Positions 1 to 10,472 of a DNA stretch of 57,046 nt are shown piece by piece. This DNA is from Moniliella sp. 'wahieum' (taxonomy: Eukaryota): positions 124,001 to 181,046 of the forward strand of contig RSEE01000122.1 in NCBI GenBank assembly GCA_003971905.1, given 5' to 3'. Both the position numbers and the translations under genes were made by a program. Every line of letters starts with the position of its first letter. Position 1 is the first letter of the stretch. Under the pieces are notes generated by a model. It saw nothing but the letters and a program-made list of their open reading frames with translations, did no database searches and was not told the DNA's origin.

Positions 1-372
1 GCGTTAGATCCTCTCCTAGGGGGCACCGCCACCCCCAATGTAGTGTCTGAAGGGCATGCGCTTCTGCGTGGCCGTGAGCTGAAGACCACCGTCGGTCGCC
101 TCCGCTCGTTACTGCTGTGGCTGTATATACGAGGTACAAACGAGGGAGAGTTAAATTTCAGATTGCAAGGTAGCTGCCCAAAAAGGAGACAGCGCTGCGC
201 TAGGGTTAACTGCGTCGACCAGCCCCATTCTTTCAAATCGCATTTAGCGGGGCCGTCGACTGGCCGCACCATTCCGCCCCCGCCCGCCCCTGCAATTCCG
301 CTGCGGACCACCCACTGACGCGTCCGCGGCCATGCCCCCCGCCTTCCTCCTCCCGCCCATCGCCATCGCCCC

Positions 373-1390
373 ATGTTTCGCAACACGTACGACAGCGACA
401 ACACCACCTTCAGCCCCAGGGCCGTCTCCACCAGGTCGAGTACGCCTGCGAGGCTGTCAAGCAGGGCTCCGCCGTCGTCGGCTTGCGCAGCAAGACCACG
501 CCGTGCTCGTCGCCCTCAAGCGCGCCCCCAGCGAGTTGGCCGCCTACCAGAACAAGACGCTCAAGATCGACAAACCACATGGGCATTGGCTATGCTGGCC
601 TTACGTCCGATGCGCGTGTGGAGCCACTACATGCGCCAACTGGCCCTGAGCTCCCGCTTGGTGTACAACCGCCCCTTGCCCCTGGCTCGCATTGTCGGGT
701 CGCTGGCGGACCGCGCCCAGCTGAATACGATGCACTATGGCAAACGGCCCTATGGTGTCGGCTTCTTGATTGTTGGCGTCGATGCCACCGGACCGCACCT
801 CTACGAGTTTTCCCCCACGGGCAATTGCTGGGAATACTACGCCATGGCCCTGGGCGCCCGCTCTCAGAGCAGCAAGACGTACCTCGAACGCAGCCTCGAC
901 GAATTGCCCGACCTGTCCAAGGAGAGTAGTGGTGCTCAAGGGACTCTATGCCCTCCGAGAGTCTCCAGCAGGGAAAGGAGTTGAAGAAGGAAGCTGTCTC
1001 ATCGCTGTCGTCGGTCCTAACGCTCATGTGCTCGCGTCTAAGCTTGCCCCGGGCCAGGCGGAGCGGTTCGAGATCATCGATGGCGACGATGTCCAATCTT
1101 GGTTAGACCGGTACGTTGCCATTCGCAGTTTATCTCCATGTTATGTTATCTTGTGCTGTGGGGGAGACAAGCAGAGCCGAGCTGACCATTTTCGTTGGGG
1201 GGGGAGAACAGACTGCCAGCACGTCCTACGCGGCGGAGCGGCTGCCGCTCTCCAAGGCCACCCGGTCCCACCACCCGCCCCGGCCGAGGCGCCTACCGAT
1301 GCGCCCACCGAGCCTACCGATGCGCCCGCCACAGCGCCTACGGACGACGCACCGGCCCAGACGGACGAGGATGTGCAGATGCACGACTGA
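373..1390 (+). CDS. PRE5: 20S proteasome subunit alpha-6 (Pre5/PSMA1 family)
   Basis: Starts MFRNTYDSDNTTFSP, continues in another frame as GRLHQVEYA; also RPYGVGFLIVGVDATGPHLYEFSPTGN and ALGARSQSSKTYLER. Intron at about 1111-1211 (GTACGT...CAG). Several indels, some in homopolymer runs. Confidence 0.95.
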
Positions 1391-1499
1391 GATGCGGCGG
1401 CGTGATCCTGCGTGCGGCCCACCTGGACCCACCAATGGAACCCACAACTGCTACGCACAGTTGTCTCGATGTGGATGGTAGGACGGATAGGCGCGGCTA

Positions 1500-2800
1500 G
1501 GGTAGCTCAACCGTCGCGTGATAGTGTGTAGCAAAATGGAATGGTACGTGGCCTTTGGCAAATACTGCGAAACTGGGGACGTTGGCTGCCCCTCTCGTTT
1601 GTCTTGCCTGTGTTGGTGGGGTAGGGGGTGACAGTGAGCAAGATGAGCAGAGCAGATGAGAGATGAGCAAGATGAGCAGATGAGCAAGGTGCCTGCCCCC
1701 ATACCCAGCAGGCTCAGAGCGGGCGTGGGGTGTGGGGCTACAACCTACCCGACCAGACCGGACCCGAGTGACTTGAGCAGGCTGATGGGCCTGAGACTGA
1801 GCGTGAGCAGCCGGCTAGCACCCTTCTGTATTGACGTGATCTCGATGATCCTTACTTGTTTCCGCGATATCATCACCACCACCACCGCTGTCGTCACCAC
1901 CACCACCACCATCACCATCATCTGCCAAGGGCAACCCACCCGGTCCCTTGGACATTCATTAGTGGTACCCTTTGCCAATAACAGGAGATGGCGATGGGAG
2001 AAAGGATACGGATCATATTCATCGAGTGGAAAGGCGGCGAGGTATGTCTGCCTCGGACGAAAAGAAAATGCGAGCTAAGTACAAGTCACACGGAAGAAAA
2101 GAGGGAGCACAATCCAAAGGGGGGAGAAAACAGGGTCTATAGAATAAACCAAGGTCGTCAGACAGCTTGGTGACAAAAGGTGATCAAGTGTGAGTCTGAT
2201 CGATCTGATCCCGACACTCCCACCGATCCTGTGGACGCTTCTGGGTCTTTCTTCTTCGACAAATGTCGCTGTGGAAGACTGGTCACTCCGACCGATCCAA
2301 AGGTTCCCCAGAAGGGTTAGTGTTTAGTGTTGTCAACCTCTTGTGGGAGGTCGATGGCGCCAGAGCGCCGACCACTTCTACCTCTCCACTAGGCCAACAC
2401 GTACGGTGCAAGCGGAGAAAGCGAGCGCCCCAAGAGGCTGAGCGCTGGTGCAAGTAACGACCATTCACGTTACGAATCGGGGCTACCGTAAGTGGACACT
2501 ACAAAGAGAGATTGGCCAAGCTGATGGACGACGAGAACAAAGACACCTTCAACGGGGTTAGGAGAGAGGAGGAGAGAGGAGAGAAGTGGGTCATGAAATG
2601 CGGAACGTAGCAGGGGAGAGGCGATGAGAAAAAAAGAAGTGGTGTCTTCAGATCGACGGAGTGCGGGGGGGGTTACGGGAAAAGGGGATGGGAATGGGAA
2701 TGGGGAAACACATAGGGAAAAGGAGGCGTGGATCTGTGGTGGGCAGATCTACTGGGCTCAAACGGGGTACCGTTACCCGCCCCCCTCAAAGGAAAAGCGA
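1500..2800 (-). ncRNA. Large structured non-coding RNA, candidate telomerase RNA (ends undefined)
   Basis: Minus-strand CUAACCCU at 2313-2320; hairpin 2327-2400 just 5' of it; enclosing helix 2404-2414 with 2215-2225; further nested helices at 1841-2026. G-U wobbles favour the minus strand. No credible ORF. Confidence 0.45.
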
Positions 2801-2854
2801 AGAGGCAAAGCAAAACAAAGCAAAGCAAACAAAGGAAAAGTCCACCCACGTGGT

Positions 2855-4720
2855 TTAGAACAGCACGCACCACCGGCTGCCACAGCTGCCATGGCCATGA
2901 GGAAAGGCAAGATGCCAATAGCAGGAGAACCGGGGGCTGCACCCCAGGACGTGTAAGGGTCGCTCGATTGCGACGGTGCAGCAGAACTGTGCGCGTTGGT
3001 GGATGTTCGAGGTAAGGTTGGCGCCATTGGGACCAATAGGCCGGGTTTGGTCCGTGAAGGAACAGTTGCCACCGTTGCAGAGACATTTTCCGGCCACAGG
3101 GTCCCACCACGCCGTTTCGCACGTGTCGCTGATCCGCGTCGCAGTTTGCCGTCCGTGTGTTTTGCGGCGGGTGGGCTGTGCGGGCTGGGCGAGACTTCAG
3201 GGCACTGCGGGTAAAAGGTTAGGCAACCTGAAAAGGGATGGATGGAGGAGGAGGAGGCGGGGGGCGGGGGGGTACGTACACCGTAGCATGTAAGGAAGTA
3301 CATGTTCTGCTCAATGTTGAAGCATGTCGGTCAGGTCGAGGTAGTCGCCCAGACCGTGCAGATGGGAGTTGATAGAAGGCATCTGGCATTGGAACTCGGG
3401 GAAGTGTGTGGAGCTGGCGGGCAGGAACAGGGTTTTGCATCCAGGCCAAAAGTTGCTTTTGGTGACGAGCGAGCCAAACATTTTGCATGGAGCTGTTGGT
3501 GGGGTGGCCCAGTCGAGGAACTTGTTCGTGGCATCAATCATGCTCGTGTCGGCAGTCATCCGCCGGGAGTAGTGGACAAGTGGATCGGGTGGAAGTAGAG
3601 ACCAAACGGTTGCTGTTCCCTTGTAGTGGTCCAAAAAGTTGGCTTGAGCCAGCTAAGGTACAAGTCAGCGTGGTCGTGCAAGGTAAGGGTCCATGAGATG
3701 CGGCGGGTGGGTGGGGTCCAGGTTTTGCCGTTGCTGTCAAGGCCAAAGATGGAATACATGGGAATCTCCAACATGCCCGGGAGCGAAATCGCACCGCACA
3801 GATGCCTTCTACCGAGTCGCAGTCGTTCACCATGCCGTCGGTCCAGAGTGTAGGGGAAGACAGCATCGGTGTGTGTTTCGAAGTGACGGGCACAGAGGAG
3901 GAAGAGGAGCTGTCGTAGGTGAAGCTCATGTTGTGCAGCAATTGCAGGGTATTGGCAGAGTAGTTGAGTAAGGCGCCCGGAACCCAATAATGTCCTTGAA
4001 GGGAATGCCGCCGAGTGCGTTCTGAGCAATAAGGTTACCGTAATCTCGTCGGCCGGGGGGTCGCCAACATGGTACATGTGTGGCACGCAAGCTCTTGTGG
4101 CCCGTGACGTGGTTGGAGGTCAGGGGGTGTAGTTGGTGTAGTTGAGACTGACAAAGTACGTGGACGGAACGGGACAGCCGTTGGGGTTCTTGCGCTGGGC
4201 AATGAACTGGTCGACGGCGGACATGGTGTAGCTCTGGATGGCATCGTCACTGCAATCCGTCGCGATATCTAGGTTAGCCATCCGATGCGGAGGAACAAGG
4301 CAATGGGAGGGGGGCAGGGCATGCACATGGCCAGCGACATACCTGGTCAAGTGATGAACATGGGCACGTCCTTGGGAGCAAGGTGCCGGGAGGGGAGGTG
4401 CTGGCCGCATGGCAGTTGGGCAGTTTGCAGGTGTTGGGGTCGCAGCTGTAGTTGGCCGACGACATGCCGCCGCCGGGGGTGGGGGGGCCGCCCTCGCCAT
4501 AGCTGCCGCCCTGGCGCTTCTGGAGAGCGCTGCGGCGAGCAACACGCTCCTCGAGACGACGGCGGACCTGGGCGTGGTCGCACCCGCTCTCGAGCAAGGC
4601 GTCGCGGGACTGGAGGCCGAGGGCGCTCGGCGTGAGGGCGGCGGGCGCAGGCTGGGCGATGGGCGTGGCAAGGGCGGAGGCGGCGAGGGCCAGGGCCCCG
4701 ACGAGCAGAGTCGAGCGCAT
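2855..4720 (-). CDS. Secreted, probably GPI-anchored carbohydrate esterase family 4 polysaccharide/chitin deacetylase
   Basis: Signal peptide MRSTLLVGALALAASALA; YSCDPNTCKLPNCH; DDAIQSYT; RKNPNGCPVPSTYFVSL; IIGFRAPY; YFHPIHL; Ser/Thr-rich linker and hydrophobic C-terminal tail. Introns near 4250-4345 and 3213-3277; frameshifts. Confidence 0.88.
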
Positions 4721-6629
4721 GGGGAGAACGGGGACTGGGGGTGGCGTCCAGCTGCGTCGACGGATGGGGGTGGGGGTGGTAGGGGCGGTGGAGGCGGGGC
4801 GACTGCGCTGGGAAGCCAGAGAGAAGCCCGCGCCTGCAGCCGATCTGCCTGGTCGTCAACCAACACAAATCACGGCCACGCGCCTGGCCAGTGTTGCCGC
4901 CAAGCTCCGGGGGGCCGCCCGGACACTGCACAGCTGCCAGCGCCTGCGCCCCCGCACGACATGAGCGTGGTGCGGTGGATCGGGCAGAGTTCTGGCCATC
5001 AAGCACTGGCGCGGTGCGCTGCTGAGCTGCCACGCCGCGTTGCGCCGCGGGGGGCGCTGGGCAGCCACGCCGGCGCCAGCGCAGTGTGGCTGCTGTGCGC
5101 CCAAGGCGGGGGGGCTGAGGCGGCGCCGCACCACGCCACTGTGACGCAAGGATGTGCGCTGCACGGGGGCGCAGCATGCAACAGCGTGCGCCTGCCTAGT
5201 CGGGCTGGGGGGCGTTTGCCGTCAGAGCGCACTAGTCACTAGGCCCTCGTCCTTACTCCGTACTCAGTAGCCCCGCGCCGAGAAGACAAAAACGAAAAAC
5301 AAAACACAAATCAGTCTCCCGCTTGGCGGCCACCAAACCCCGTCGCTGTTACCTAAGCCACCCAGCGCCCACCTCCGCGAGCATCCGGCCAGTGCCGGCC
5401 AGTGCCCCACCACCCCCCCGTACCTGGCGGGCGCCACCCAGCAGCTCGCAGTCACGTGGCTCATCCGTTTGGTGCTGAGGCGCTGAGGCTCAGCTCAGCA
5501 TGCCATCACACTGTCACGTGCGCATGCCACCATATCACCTACACTCCTCGCCCAGCTGCGACACGGTAACAGAATGCATCGCGTTGACTATGGCGCACGC
5601 CGACCAGCATTTTTCTTCTCCTCGTCTCCCACCGCCTTGGGCGCAAGCAATGCACCGGGGGGGGGCACAGCCGCCATAACGCTCACCTCTCTCTGTTACG
5701 GGAGTTGGGCTGTTTTGCAGAGCCGTCGGGGGCGCGGTCCTGGTGAGGCCTGAGGCGCCCCGCCGTGCGTGACAACGCTGATTGTGGCGCCCCTCTCACC
5801 CACTTTCTCCCCTACTGCCCTTCTTGCTCGCGTATGGAATACATTCGAGGTGGGCAGCTCGAACGGTGCGGAAGCTCTCGTGTATGTGGTGAATAAGGTT
5901 CCTTCAGTCCCCTCTCGTCACAGGGTCTTGGAGCTCTGATGGCGTCTTTCACCGTGTTGGTTAACTTTCTTGTTCCGCAGCCAGGCCCACTGCAGTGGCA
6001 ACGGTGGCTCCTGGATGCCCCTGTAGGCGGCCTCGGTTGGCTTAGGCCACCACCACTACCACTAGTGCGATAGCATTACCCTCGCTCCTGCTTCCAACAA
6101 GCTCCAACAGGGAGGCCTCATTACACGCTTGCTCGCTTAGAGCATAGCGTAATAATGCGTTTCGCGCGGTACAGTCAGCCCCATCGTGGCCGTCTGTTTC
6201 CAACAGAACTGCCAGTCCCTATTAAGTGTGTGCATTGAGCCACAGGGCCATTGTGGCCTGTGCGTCTGTGGGGAAGCTTCAAGCGTTTCTTCATGGACGG
6301 CTGCATCCTATTGGGGCGATGCCCCACCCACGCCATCCTACGTGACAGGAATCACCCGGGTCTCTCATCCGCCCCGAAGCTCCCTTTACTCTCTGGTACC
6401 CTCGGCTATTGTCCCTCTCCTCAGAACCACATCCTCCATTCTCCTCCTTGAGAACCCCCCCCCACCCCTTCTTTCCCCATAAAAGTACACCTTTTCTCAC
6501 CTCCACTTTCCCGTTGGCACCGCCACCTGGATTTTACTGTGAAGGGCACACCCGTGCGCCATTGCTTCATCCTCATTTTCTTCGAGCGGTCACCACTGTG
6601 ATCTCACCAAGCCACGCACTTCCCGCACA

Positions 6630-7718
6630 ATGAGGCTTACTCTTCTCTTGTACATCCTCTTCGCAGGCACTGCCCTGGTTGCAGCCCAACCTGGCGCTGC
6701 CAACGGCACCATCGATCACGGCCCCTTTCCAGAAGAACTGAACGGCTCCAATTTCACCTACCCGTTCCCTGTCCACGTGTTCCACTTTCAAAACCAATTC
6801 CAGCAACTTGAGATGGCATTCATGGATGTCCAGCCTGTTCCCCACCAACCTAGTACCGGGCGCACCGCCGTCTTGCTCCACGGCAAAAACTTTTGCGCAC
6901 CGACCTGGGTCGAGACCATCCGCAACCTGACAGGTTCGGGGTACCGCGTTGTCGCAGTAGACCACATTGGGTTCTGCAAAAGTACCAAGCCTGACAACTA
7001 TCAGTTCAGTCTACGCCAACTGGCCTACAATACGCGTGGCCTGCTCAACGCATTGGGCGTGGCGAATGTGACAGTCATTGGCCATTCACTGGGGGGAATG
7101 ATTGCTACCATGTTTGGTTTGCAGTATGCAGAAACCGTTGATCGCCTCGTTCTCATCGACCCGATTGGGTTGGAAGATTACAGTGAAAAGGGCGTTCCTT
7201 ACATCTCCATCGACGCTAGCCGCAACACGGAGGCAGCGTCCACTTTTGATTCCATCAAAGCGTACGAGAAAACATTTTACTATGTCAACCAGTGGAATAC
7301 GTCGTACGATGTCTGGTAGAGATGCTGGTCAACATTTACGACGGTCCCAAGCGCACAGAGTTTGTCAAGAACCAAGGCCAAATCGTCGACTTGGTTTTAA
7401 CCCAGCCAATTGCACAGTACTTTTCCCATCTCCAGCCCTACACACTCCTTATGGTGGGCGACAAGGACAAGACGGCATCGGGGCTCAGTGGGCCCCACCA
7501 GCCGTAGCTTCCACCCTGGGCCACTTCAGCGTTCTCGGTCCGCTTGTTGCTGCCCAAATTCCAACTGCACCTTTGTCCACTTTGCTAACCTGGGGCATGC
7601 GCCCCAAATCTCCGACCCAGGGCTGTTCCATGACAAGTTGCTGGAATGGCTGTTGATTGAACCTTTGCAACAAGAACATGAAGTTCATGTGGTAGGCACC
7701 CTTCCTCTCCGTTGTTGA
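6630..7718 (+). CDS. Secreted alpha/beta-fold hydrolase (Abhydrolase_1 type)
   Basis: Signal peptide; LLHGKNF oxyanion motif; DHIGFCKS; GHSLGG nucleophile elbow; LGHAPQ catalytic His in a downstream frame. No apparent introns; frameshifts after about 7315. Confidence 0.9.
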
Positions 7719-8328
7719 ATCTAGAGCCAATTGGCGATAGACAAGGTGGCACTTTATACTATGGAGATGCGTGAACGGGGCCGAAGGCACGTATGCCACT
7801 ATACTTCTGTTCATGGTTCATGCCCCTCTGTGCGTGTGACCATACATTTTGCCCCTGTTCAATCGCACGCGGATCGTTCTTCATGTCGTCCGGTTCTAGA
7901 CATCTCTTACACAATGGATGTTGAAGATTAGCAATGGGGGAGAAGGGGGCTAGCTGTGGTGGCGCACAGTATGTAAGCAAATGGACAGTTGGAAGCGAAC
8001 ATCCTGGCGCAACAACCACACTACTAGTAGTAGTAACACCGACAGGAGAGAAATGCCTAACCACATATGGTGGGGGGCGCCGGAGATTGCTGCCTGGGCT
8101 TTCGTGGGTGCTATCGGCAGTATAGAATTACAGCAGCGGTTGCTAGACTGGCATTGCTATAGGCGTGCCCCGTGCGGCAGTTCAAGCTAAGGCACCGTCA
8201 CATTTGAATTTGATCAATTTGACCATCCATCTTAGATTGCGTGTGCCAGCCAATAAATGCGCCGGATTGGGATCCAACACTGCGCATCATCTCCGCCCCT
8301 TCCTCCACCCTCCCCAACCTGATCCAGC

Positions 8329-8770
8329 ATGGGCGGGTGCATGTCGCACCCCGAGGGGGGACAAACACTCGCTTCTTCCACCTCTGCGCCCAAGCCCCAG
8401 GGCGGCACCACCTCTGCGCCGCCCACCCCTAGGGCGGTACCACCTCTGCGTCCATGCCCCGGGGGGGCACCACCTCTACGCCCATGTCTCGGGGCGGCAC
8501 CACATCCGCTTCGGCCGCTGGCGACCGTGCCGTCAGGGCGGCCGCCGCTGAGCATCGTGCTGCTGCCGCCGCCTCAAGGGGTGCCCCCAACGGCCCTGGC
8601 AAGCTCAGCAAACAACTCGCTGCTGATCAGGCAATGGGTGGCACAGGCGCGTCCAAGCCCACTCTCCCTGAGCGCCAGGTGGTACGTCCCCCCGCCACCG
8701 CCTTCCTCACCTCGCCCCGCCCCCTCTCCTAACCTCCCGCTTTTTCTCCTTGTTCGCACAGTGGGATTGA
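8329..8770 (+). CDS. Small N-terminally acylated SVIP-like protein
   Basis: MGGC start (myristoylation/palmitoylation-type motif); GGTTS repeats; RAAAAEHRAAAAASRG...GKLSKQL. Intron 8682-8761 (GTACGT...CTAAC...CAG) gives a C-terminal VWD-stop. One G missing at about 8433. Confidence 0.65.
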
Positions 8771-9171
8771 TCCAAAGGGCCGCGCTGTCGTTCCTTTCGA
8801 GCGAGCTGCGCTGGTTCGCCGGGGTTCCCATCTACAGTGGGTGTGCCCTTGCTGATGGACATTACGATTGATTGCCTGTTGTCTGTACTCTTACCTTCGC
8901 GGCCCACAAATTGGGTCAAATTCGATGTCAGTGCCTCCCCCGCTGCCATATGGACCCGCTCTGCAGCCATCCACACACAGAGGATCTTTCCTTGATCATT
9001 GTTCGTTCTTTCCTGAGAGTAAGAGCGTATCCAGTTTTGCGTTGTTGGCGTTGTGGGCGTTATGTGCGTTGTGTGCGTTGCTGTCAAAAGGTCCTCTCCG
9101 TGTGTTTGCACCCAGTCCATATCAGCGTGCTGACCTTGCTATCTACCCATCATTTTCAAGTGAAAAAAATA

Positions 9172-9242
9172 TGCTCCTAGCCGAATCGAACGACTAATCT
9201 TCGCATTACGAGTGCGACGCCTTACCATTGAGCCAAAGAGGC
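9172..9242 (-). tRNA. tRNA-Thr(CGU)
   Basis: Reverse complement GCCTCTTTGGCTCAATGGTAAGGCGTCGCACT-CGT-AATGCGAAGATTAGTCGTTCGATTCGGCTAGGAGCA, followed by a T7 Pol III terminator. The 3' acceptor strand appears one G short. Confidence 0.93.
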
Positions 9243-9576
9243 GTTGTGTACGAAGTTCACATTCACACAATACAAGGAGGGTTGACAATCAGCTATCCCT
9301 GCTCTACTTCTTCACGTAAGTGGCCTGTTATTTCAATGGAGGCACAGCGGAGCGTAGTTGTGTACACATTGGTCCGTAGTATTAGATCAGCATCCCTTCT
9401 CTGGCATTCAGTAAGGGACCCCCCCCATCACGGGTCTCCATTTGGGCCCGTCAAATATGCGTGCACCAAAAAGGTGACAAAGCATACATGTGTTGAGATG
9501 AAAGGAACTCCTTTCTCTATACCCCAGTACTGGTTCCTAACAACTTTATCAATATCAATCATCCAGGTAGAAACAA

Positions 9577-10472
9577 TGAGTGTCAGTATTCCAGCCTTTT
9601 CCAATAGCTCAGAAGGATGTGGCGCTGGGCGCGCAGCTCAGACAGGTAACGATGAATACACCCCCGTAAACGGGGGCATTACATATGTTGCCTGATCGGG
9701 AGCACGAACGCCGGCGGCGAACGCATTACGAAGTAACACCGACGCTGTCGGGAGATGTGGGAGAAGAACTGACAAGAACTGTTCCAGACGCTTGTTGACG
9801 ATGCCGATGGTCACAATGTGGTCAAGCACAGCAACTCGTTCAGCCACACTTGGCTCTCCTCTCTCTTCCATCAGCCCCGTGCCTCCGGCTCTTTGACAAG
9901 CAGGCCCAGGTTGGTCTCCAGCTCTGCACGATGTGCCGCTCCACGCGCAGCATGTGCCAGTGCGGCGTCATGTCCTCGTTGGAGCACATCAGGGCTTGGA
10001 CCCGCACCCAGGCCAAGTTTATCGGGTTGCATGAGACAGTGCGGGAGCCCATTCTCCATCTCGTGCGCTTCTTCTCCGACACCCACGTCCACAACGGACC
10101 TACTGTGGAGGAAAAGGATGAGACGAGGCGCGGACGGAGGGAAATGCGCACTGAGTACCGCGTGATGGGGCCCGGAGCAAACGGAGGATCAAGAATGGAG
10201 GTGGACCACATATGCTGCGCCACACGGGATCGCAGGAGGCGCAGCCGCGTACCGGAAGGTGGTACATGAGAGCACCGCACCTTTGGAACGCCGGGAGAAG
10301 GAGCTGCTTCGGCTGTTGGAGCAAGCAGAATGCAACAAGAACGCCAAGTGCCAGGGACGCACTCATGAGCCGTTTTTCCCCCTGTGGTTTTGACGACTCG
10401 AGGAGATACTACGGCACCAAGACAGCGGGCAAAATGCTTGCGCACTGGAAGGGTTTGACTACTGAGTACTGA
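9577..10472 (+). CDS. Frameshifted gene of uncertain product, possibly a DUF4188/aldoxime-dehydratase-like heme protein
   Basis: Successive protein-like segments in shifting frames: ELFQTLVDDADGH, GVMSSLEHIRAWTR, MEVDH, WYMRAPHL, GKMLAHWKGL. Family resemblance is by eye only. Confidence 0.3.

Noticed and set aside
1745..2078. Short ORFs in the PRE5-CE4 interval
   Set aside because: No recognisable homology or coherent gene model; poly-Thr/Val runs arise from the ACC repeat.
2182..2200. GATCAAGTGT match to U2 snRNA
   Set aside because: The GTAGTA branch-point recognition sequence and stem I are absent.
2474..2487. AATCGGGGCTAC resembling RNase P/MRP CR-V
   Set aside because: No upstream CR-I (GAAAGUCCCC-like) partner on the plus strand.
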